Below, in pieces: positions 57,266 to 64,000 of a stretch of DNA of 64,000 bases. Both the position numbers and the translations under genes were made by a program. The DNA is taken from positions 11,819 through 75,818 of the IMG/VR virus record IMGVR_UViG_2690315917_000002; one strand, 5' to 3'. The notes under the pieces are model-generated. The model saw only the letters and a program-made list of their open reading frames with translations, had not been told where the DNA came from and made no database searches. The first letter of the stretch is position 1. Every line of letters starts with the position of its first letter. This stretch comes from a virus (Duplodnaviria > Caudoviricetes).

Positions 57266-57306
57266 ACAGCATCGCTATTGTAAAGGTTAGATAGCAGCGC
57301 TATTGT
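57266..57306 (+). promoter_or_regulatory. OL-like operators (2) and PL-like promoter
   Basis: ACAGCATCGCTAT, ATAGCAGCGCTAT; TTGTAA-17-TATTGT. Confidence 0.8.
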
Positions 57307-57426
57307 TCCGTCATCGGCAGCCGCCGGAACGGAGACCTAGCAATGCCCCTGACCCTCAACACCATGCGCACCGCCCGCGTCGGCCTGATAGCCATGGGGC
57401 CTTGGTGGTTGATCCTCCCCCCGCCA

Positions 57427-57903
57427 CTACGCCGCTGGCTCGGTCTTTGCAGCCTCGAGCTGCATGTAGAGCTCACGCAGGCCGGTGCAGCGAGCCTTGA
57501 TGCAGCGGCCATCCTCGGTCTCGGCCACGATCGTGATCGGCTTGAGCACAACTACTTCATTGAGTGTGGCACCGTGCACCGGGCCGATTGTCCGCTTCTT
57601 GCCAGGATTGAGCAGGAGCGGAAAACCTGGGTGTCAGTACTTGTCCGTGAGCCCTTCCGACCGCGTCTGAAGTTTCACACCCCCGGCCAAGCTCACCTTT
57701 TCGATCGACACGGGTATGCGCCCGGTGTTTACGAGATCGACAAAGAGCTCGAGCGATCCGTTCTTACCCATCTGCAAGCGCGGAATGACCTTCCAACGGA
57801 CGGCTCCACGGCGGTAGGCGATCACGGTGTTGATCACACCAAGGACCGCGCCGAGCAGCGCGATGGCGAAGGTCACGTAGCCCATCCAACCAACAGATCC
57901 CAT
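57427..57903 (-). pseudogene. Antisense membrane-anchored moron gene with in-frame TGA
   Basis: TM N-terminus; TGA at 57634-57636 followed by 68 further open codons (HPGFPLLLNPGKK...). Confidence 0.55.
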
Positions 57904-57973
57904 CCCTCTGCCCCCTAAAAGTCCTTGGCGCAGAGCATAGCGCCCTGTGCCTTTCCCGAACCGGAGAGAGTTC

Positions 57974-58489
57974 ATGCCCCTGACCCTCAGCACCAAGCGC
58001 ACCGCCCGCGTCGGCATGGCCGCCTTGGCGTGCTTCATCGCCCTCGGCGTCGTTGCCTGGGCCACCCCAACCGATGCACCCGCCGCGGCTACCGACGACG
58101 CGCCAGACGGCCTCGTGATCACCAGCCCCCGCATCTGCGCCGCCCTGGCTGTGTATGAGCTGGCCGCCGGGAACGATTGGGCACTGCGTGCCACCGTCGC
58201 CAACACGACGCTCAACGCCTTCCGCGATGCAGACCGGGTGCCCGACTGTGCGGCAGGCGTCACTGCGGCGCTGACGCAAAACTTCGAGCCGGCGCGCTGG
58301 CAGCTTTCCCTCGACGCGGCCGATGCCGTCCTGAGCGGCTCCTATGAGATTTCCCCGGCGGCGTGCGTCCGGGCCAATGCGGTTGTCCCCCTGTCGACCG
58401 CAGACGGCAAAGAGCCGAGCACCTCCCCGGTGCTGGCCCGGGCGCAGTGCGTCATGCACGAACTGGCCTTCGTGGAGGTGGCGCCGTGA
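57974..58489 (+). CDS. Exported protein, degenerate SleB-like hydrolase
   Basis: Signal/TM; CAALAVYELAAG...VANTTLN resembles the CLA..IY.EARGE...VA.V.LNR motif. Confidence 0.45.
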   Translation: MPLTLSTKRTARVGMAALACFIALGVVAWATPTDAPAAATDDAPDGLVITSPRICAALAVYELAAGNDWALRATVANTTLNAFRDADRVPDCAAGVTAALTQNFEPARWQLSLDAADAVLSGSYEISPAACVRANAVVPLSTADGKEPSTSPVLARAQCVMHELAFVEVAP

Positions 58490-58770
58490 TCACCGGCCTC
58501 CGTACTGAACCGCGCGCCGCGATGATCGGCACACAGCGCCTGCCCCTGAGCCCCACCGAATCTAGGGTGCTGCAGCTGATCATCAACGCAGGTGACACCC
58601 CGATCAGCCGCTTCCAGATCGAGCGGGAGATCTACGGCGCCTCCGGCCGCAAGTCGAACACCGTCGAGGTGACCATCTGCCGCCTGCGCCAGAAGCTGGC
58701 CCAGCACGGCTACCGCATCAATGCCACCCGCAGCCGTGGCTACACCATCAGCCAGGCCGGTGCAGCATGA
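58486..58770 (+). CDS. Stand-alone OmpR-type winged-helix protein
   Basis: LSPTE..VL..L...NTVEV.I.RLRQKL...I...R.RGY. Confidence 0.8.
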   Translation: MITGLRTEPRAAMIGTQRLPLSPTESRVLQLIINAGDTPISRFQIEREIYGASGRKSNTVEVTICRLRQKLAQHGYRINATRSRGYTISQAGAA

Positions 58771-60711
58771 TCGCCGCCATCACCTATCCCCTCGCACAAC
58801 GCGCGGCCGTCGCCGCCAAGGCGGCCGCCACCGCCGCCACTGGTATGGGGTTCGCCCCGAATCTGGTCGCCGCAGCCGCTGACGTTGCCGCGCGCGCAGT
58901 GCTGGAGCGCCGCGCCAGCGCCGGCCGAGCCATCGCCGACGTGCGCAAGAGCCTGCGCCGCATGGTGCGCGCACAAGGCGGTGCAGCATGAGGGCGCCAG
59001 CGATCAAGCTCCCAGCACCTGACCTGACACCGGGCCAGCGCGCGGCCTTGGAGCGCGCGAAGCGCCCCCGCCGGCATCCCCACCGCGTGTACTGCACGCA
59101 CCATGCGAGCGCGCAGCGTCAGCGCGAGGCAGAAGAGCAGCGCCAGCGCGTCGCGCCGAACCTGCACAGGTTGGTGCGCTGATGGACGGCCTGCATCCGA
59201 TCGGCGGCGGCCTGGACGCGGTGATCGTCAGCACGGCCACGCCGACGCCTGAAGAGAGGCTGCAGCGGTACGCGGCGGCAGTTGCTGCCCACCCGTGCCG
59301 CTGGTTTTCGCTCCGTGTGCAGTTCGGCCAGATCCTGCAGCGCTCGCTCAAGAACGGCACACGGGTGGGCTACGCAGCGTGGCAACGGCAGATGCCGGCC
59401 CTCTGGCCCCGCGTACACATCAACTGACTGGAGAAGCTTCGTATGCCGACTATCACTGTCGACGTCGACCTTGATGAATTCGACGACCAGGACCTCTTGG
59501 AGGAGTGCAGGGTTCGCGGTCTCAACGTGCTGCCCACTGCCCCTGCCGATGTGCCTGTTGCGGAGCTGGTTGTTGAGCGCGCCTATCTCGCGGCTCGCGC
59601 CATGACCGAACTTCCGCAGGAGCTGAAAGACCTGTTCTGGGTCGTGCATGGCCGCGCAATCGCATGACGTCGAAGGGCCGCCCGGGATGGATCTCCGCAA
59701 CCAGCTCGACATCTTCGACCACGACCCAGCCCGCCTGGCCAAGGCCAACCGCGCCGCCGCCGAGCACGCACTGACGGATCCGTTCTTCTCCGCGAAGGTC
59801 CGTCAGGACCGCCACGACTACTACATCGCCGAAGCCAAACGCCTTGAGCGCTTGGCAGCCATGGCCGAGAAGCCGGCCACCACCGCAGCCTGAGATCTCC
59901 CGAATGAAACAGCCTCAGCCCAGCGAAGCCAAATCTTCAACTCCGATCCCCGACAGCGCGATTGAAGCGTTCCGCGCTGCCTACGCCACTCACGGCGCCC
60001 CAAAGGGCTACGCGGAAGCCATCCGTGCCGGCCTCGCCGCCGCAGCGCCACTGATCAGCCATGACGCCATGCTCTCGCTCGAGCAGGATGCGCAGGCCTA
60101 CCTGGTGCGCCAGCTGGACATTGCCCTGAATGGTGAAGCCGCCGCAGCGCGCGAGCCGGTGCTGGCTGATCTTCTGAGCCAGTGTCAGCAGGAGGTTCGC
60201 CGCCGCAGCGGTCCAATTCTGACCACGCTTCCGATCGGCGTGCAGCACCACCTACGACAGGTGTTCAGCGATATGGCCGACCGCTCGCGCCTACTGACCG
60301 ACGTCGCCGTACGTGAAGTCGTGCTGATGGGCACTACGGAGGTGCGCTGTGGCTGAGCAGTCGACCGCCGGTGCCCTGCCGGAAGCCGAGCTGCACATCC
60401 TCCGCCACGCCCTAGGCGTCGGCGAGCACGGCTGGGAGCGGAACTACCGCAATCATTTCGTCACCGGCCCAGGCGGCGCCGACCACCAGCACTGCATGGC
60501 GCTCGTCGCGCGCGGGTTCATGGTCCAGCGCGCGGGGAACGCGATCACTGGCGGCAGCGACCTGTTCAACGTCACGCAGGCCGGCCGAGCCGCGGTGCAA
60601 GAACAAACACCGCCGCCGCCGAAACTGACCAGGTCGCAGCAGCGCTACCAGCAGTTCCTGCGCTACGACGGTGGCGTGACGTTCGGCGAGTACCTGAGGC
60701 GCTGGCGATGA
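58767..60711 (+). CDS. Run of small coupled early hypothetical genes (58767-58991, 58988-59182, 59182-59427, 59443-59667, 59687-59893, 59904-60356, 60349-60711)
   Basis: ATGA/TGATG overlaps and RBSs typical of a PL operon. Confidence 0.55.
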
Positions 60712-60788
60712 AAGCGATCACCAAAGACACCAAGGCGCGCAATGGGAGGTGCATGCCTATCTCACAGTGCTGCGCTTGCGGTGACCTG

Positions 60789-61325
60789 CTACGCCTTCGC
60801 AGCTCTCTTGTAATCGGAGGCAAGGTCAAGAAAGAGCTGTGTTGCCTTACGGGCATCTCTCGCCCATTCGTCACGAAGCGCAGCGTCACTGTGCGCGGCT
60901 GTATCGAGATTGACCAGTCTTTTGGACTGACGAACAACGTACTCAGCAAGCGACGTGGCATTGGCGAGCAACAGCGCGTCACCTTCTTCGAGCTGGTGGC
61001 CGGTTCCTTTAATGGCCTCCATGGCAGCCGTGACCCTTTGGATCTCATCCTCGACATTCGGAAGGATGAGATGAGCGTCAGCACGAATGACCGAGCCCAG
61101 GGATGTGACCGCAGCTTGAGCTTCATGGACGTGGGGATAAAGCGCGATCTTCGATCGCAATGCGTCGTGCTTGGCTTTGCGATGACGCGCTTTCGTCTCT
61201 TTGAGAGCAAGAGCGAGAGCAAGCCCAGTTGCTGCTGCCGTGGCGATGGCAGACCAAGCATCCCAATCGATTACACAAGATCGGCTGAGCAACCAGCACT
61301 GGCTTACTCCATCCATCATGCTCAT
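60789..61325 (-). CDS. Antisense membrane-anchored hypothetical moron
   Basis: WDAWSAIATAAAT.LAL.LAL TM followed by helical domain; start uncertain. Confidence 0.6.
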   Translation of the reverse strand: MSMMDGVSQCWLLSRSCVIDWDAWSAIATAAATGLALALALKETKARHRKAKHDALRSKIALYPHVHEAQAAVTSLGSVIRADAHLILPNVEDEIQRVTAAMEAIKGTGHQLEEGDALLLANATSLAEYVVRQSKRLVNLDTAAHSDAALRDEWARDARKATQLFLDLASDYKRAAKA

Positions 61326-61431
61326 CCCGAACTCCATTCGTGGTGTGGCCGGCATTCTGCCACGGCTCGTGTCCACTCGGTGGCCACCCATGGCTGACCA
61401 GCTGCTCACAACGGCCTCTACAAGCGCCCCT

Positions 61432-61659
61432 TCAGCGCCTGGACGCGAGACCGGCCACGTGGCGCTCAACCGCAGCCATGCCGAGCTGCATAGCGTCGCC
61501 CTTGCTCCTGATCACACCCTCGGATCGCAACTCGACAGCGATGCCGTCGACTTCGGCTGTGTACGAGAAAACGTGATCCACGCTGCTCGTGATGGTCAGC
61601 ACGAAATGGTAGCCATCGTGGAAACCGCGCAGGGTTCGATGAAAGCCACGAGTGGTCAT
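61432..61659 (-). CDS. Antisense small hypothetical moron
   Basis: 75-aa ORF between duplicated gene starts. Confidence 0.5.
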   Translation of the reverse strand: MTTRGFHRTLRGFHDGYHFVLTITSSVDHVFSYTAEVDGIAVELRSEGVIRSKGDAMQLGMAAVERHVAGLASRR

Positions 61660-61725
61660 GGGCCGGGCGCGGTAGAGGACGTGCTGCACTGTACAGCTGA
61701 ATGCGGCACGTCGTCAGCATCGAGT

Positions 61726-62460
61726 GTGGCGGCTGAGCAGCTGCTCACCGCTGCACCATGGAATGGCAAAGGCGTCATCGATCAAGATCTGGCGTTCAAG
61801 ATCGCCGACAGCCTCGTTTCGCGGAGACTGGTCAAGGGATGGTCGCGTCAGGCCATCCTATCCAGCATCGAGGGAGGTCCGTCGCCATGCGGGCGTGCGT
61901 TCTACCTGATGCGCGGTGGCGTCATCGTCGTTGCCCTCTTCCCGATGACGCAGCTGAGCGATATGAACGGTCGCGGGTACTGGTACTCAATCCGCGACCT
62001 GTTCCCGCCGCTGCCCGAGCGCACCCATGCAGGTACTGAAGATCTGCAGCCGTTCCAGGTCGGGGACAAGGTCTGGGCTTGGTACAAGGACGAGCCCAGG
62101 GCTGATTATGGCCAACCCGATCAGCCGGGCGACGCCACACGCTGGAGTCGGTGCTTTCCGCTGTTCACCGTCAAGAGCGTGACGGGTCCACACCTCGAAC
62201 CGGCAAAGTTCGCCGGTCGATCGCACTACCAGGTGCAGCTCAGGTACCGCGAAGGGCCGCCCTCCACCCACTACGACGCGGGCTACCACGACGTTTGCCC
62301 GATCAAGGGGCGTCCCTGGCAGATGCGCGGAGACGGCGACTACCTGCTGCTGGTGCACCGTGCACCGCCTGCGGCAAAGCCACGCCGTGCTACTGCGGTG
62401 CCACCGCCCACCCCCACCCTGCCGCCGCCGTTGCCGGCCCAACTGGAGCTGTTCGCATGA
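61726..62460 (+). CDS. Hypothetical early protein (in-frame upstream start at 61390)
   Basis: Phage-like codon usage from GTG 61726; ends QLELFA, ATGA-coupled. Confidence 0.5.
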   Translation: MAAEQLLTAAPWNGKGVIDQDLAFKIADSLVSRRLVKGWSRQAILSSIEGGPSPCGRAFYLMRGGVIVVALFPMTQLSDMNGRGYWYSIRDLFPPLPERTHAGTEDLQPFQVGDKVWAWYKDEPRADYGQPDQPGDATRWSRCFPLFTVKSVTGPHLEPAKFAGRSHYQVQLRYREGPPSTHYDAGYHDVCPIKGRPWQMRGDGDYLLLVHRAPPAAKPRRATAVPPPTPTLPPPLPAQLELFA

Positions 62461-63759
62461 GCCCCGGCCGCAATGCTGCATCTATCCGCGCTGCTCTGCG
62501 CGGCGCTGTTCCCGCCCACGTCACCGCGCGTGACATGATCCGCCGTCACTGCCGGGAACACGGCAAGCAGCTGGTATGCCTTGCGCCTGCATGGGGCTGC
62601 CAGGTATTCAGCGTTCGGCGCGCGTTTGGCCGAACGTCCCGTCCCCTGCAGCCGCATCAGGTTGAGGGCGCGATCACAACGCTGCAGCTGGACGAGTTCG
62701 ACGCCAACGAGCTGCGCCTGCGTGCAGCTCGCGAGGCCGGGTGGAACATCGATCCCAAGATGCTGCTCGAGGGCGGAGCATGAGCGGCGATGCTTCGACC
62801 TTGACCACAGCACCGCCGCCGACTGCGAGTGACGCCCTGCGCGAGATGCGAGCCGCAAGCCGCGCCGGTCATGCAGTGCCGGCCGATCAGGTGAATCGAT
62901 GGGCCACCACGCTGATGTGTCTGTTTGGCCAGCAGCGGGCCGTCAGGCTCGAGCAGTGGGGCGGATCGTTCTGGTATCAGATCGATGAAAAACAGTGGTA
63001 CCGGGCACTTGCAGCTGGCGAACGAGTGCGGGCGCTCTACACCCAGCCTTTGCTCCACGAGCTCCGCAGGGCTGGGGAGGATCGTGATCACATCTGGTCG
63101 GCGGACCGAACGCACTGCACCGTTTGTAACGACCCTTTCGATTGGGCCGATCCGTACTGCAACCCGCCCAAGCCGCCGGCGCCTATCGCGCTGAAACCTC
63201 AGCCGTTCAATCCCTCCTGGGTTCTCCCACTGCTCGACCGACTGGAGCGAGCGTTGAAGCGTGAAGGCAAGCGGGAAAGGGACGAGTGGGGTTTCCGAAT
63301 TGCGCAGCTGCGTAAATCAATCGATGAGCATACGAAGGAGAAATCACATTGACCGTTGAGCACATCAAGGCCGCCTCGGGCGAGCGGTCACCACTGATCC
63401 ACCAGCAGCGCGCAGCCATAGCAGTTGCAGCAGCGCTCGAAACCGCCCTGACCAGCACGCGCCCCGGCAGCGGCGGCGGCCGCGCATTGACCTTCACGTT
63501 TGCCGGCGAGCCGCAGCTGCAGGCCGCGTGCGACGCCTGGCGCGCATACGCCCTCGCCACCATCGACATGCCGGCGCCACTGGCGGCGACAGCGACCCAG
63601 CGGCTTACGGCCCAGATCGGCCTCGCCCTTTTCGATGACCCCACAATGGACCTGACACAGATCGCAAACCTTGTGACCACGGCACGGTCCGATTCGCACA
63701 CTGCGCTGCTGTTGGCGCCCACCACTGAAGTAACGGAGGCCCGAGATGGGCGCAGCTGA
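62457..63759 (+). CDS. Three coupled hypothetical genes (62457-62783, 62780-63352, 63349-63759)
   Basis: ATGA/TTGA overlaps. Confidence 0.55.
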
Positions 63760-64000
63760 GAACATGCCCGAAGTCCTGCTGAAGCTCGAGCAGGTCGAAG
63801 CCCAGACCGGGATGAAGAAGAGCTACATCTACCGCGAGATGGAGAAGGGCACTTTCCCGCCCAGGCACAAGGTCGGCGGCGGAACTCGCTGGTACCAGAG
63901 CGACATCCAGCGTTGGATCCGGGCACGCAGGAGCGCACCGCAGTGGACGCCCGAGGATGTGGGGCAACCGGCGGCCAACTGCGACAGCAGCGGAGCGTAA
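63746..64000 (+). CDS. alpA: AlpA-family excisionase/regulator
   Basis: LLKLEQV...TGMKKSYIY....GTFP....VG..TRW. Confidence 0.88.
   Translation: MGAAENMPEVLLKLEQVEAQTGMKKSYIYREMEKGTFPPRHKVGGGTRWYQSDIQRWIRARRSAPQWTPEDVGQPAANCDSSGA

Larger units (their letters stand above)
13482..64000. mobile_element. Lambda-like siphovirus prophage (right end outside window)
   Basis: Complete head-tail-lysis-replication-immunity gene order in lambdoid synteny. Confidence 0.93.

Noticed and set aside
57634-57636. Selenocysteine or recoded TGA
   Set aside because: No SECIS-like context recognised and TGA is a normal stop throughout the window

Overview
GC-rich gammaproteobacterial DNA, probably Xanthomonadaceae/Stenotrophomonas-like (inferred from GC content, a Xanthomonadales-type LexA box and gene families). 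The window consists of two mobile elements in tandem at a tRNA(CAT) attachment site; only the 3' half of that tRNA is present (13482-13526). (1) <1-13.5 kb, minus strand: a satellite-like island with a P4-type integrase, excisionase/AlpA, antirepressor, HNH, a small wHTH Rep with an iteron+DnaA-box origin, and a Q-like gene followed by a leader terminator. Its late operon, as far as visible, holds only a 2OG-Fe(II) oxygenase, a GNAT and three P22-type DNA ejection proteins, with no terminase, portal, capsid or lysis genes upstream of them. This is the best candidate for an undescribed system. (2) 13.5->64 kb: an apparently intact lambda-like siphovirus prophage with head, tail (G/GT frameshift), lysis, tRNA-Tyr, replication, cI/cro switch and early operon. 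Its accessory genes include a second recombinase, a KAP NTPase, LexA-controlled umuDC, SRAP, a BLUF protein, a proteasome-beta-like protein, an ABC-ATPase/HEPN gene and antisense morons. All product calls come from motif recognition by eye; no database search was run.
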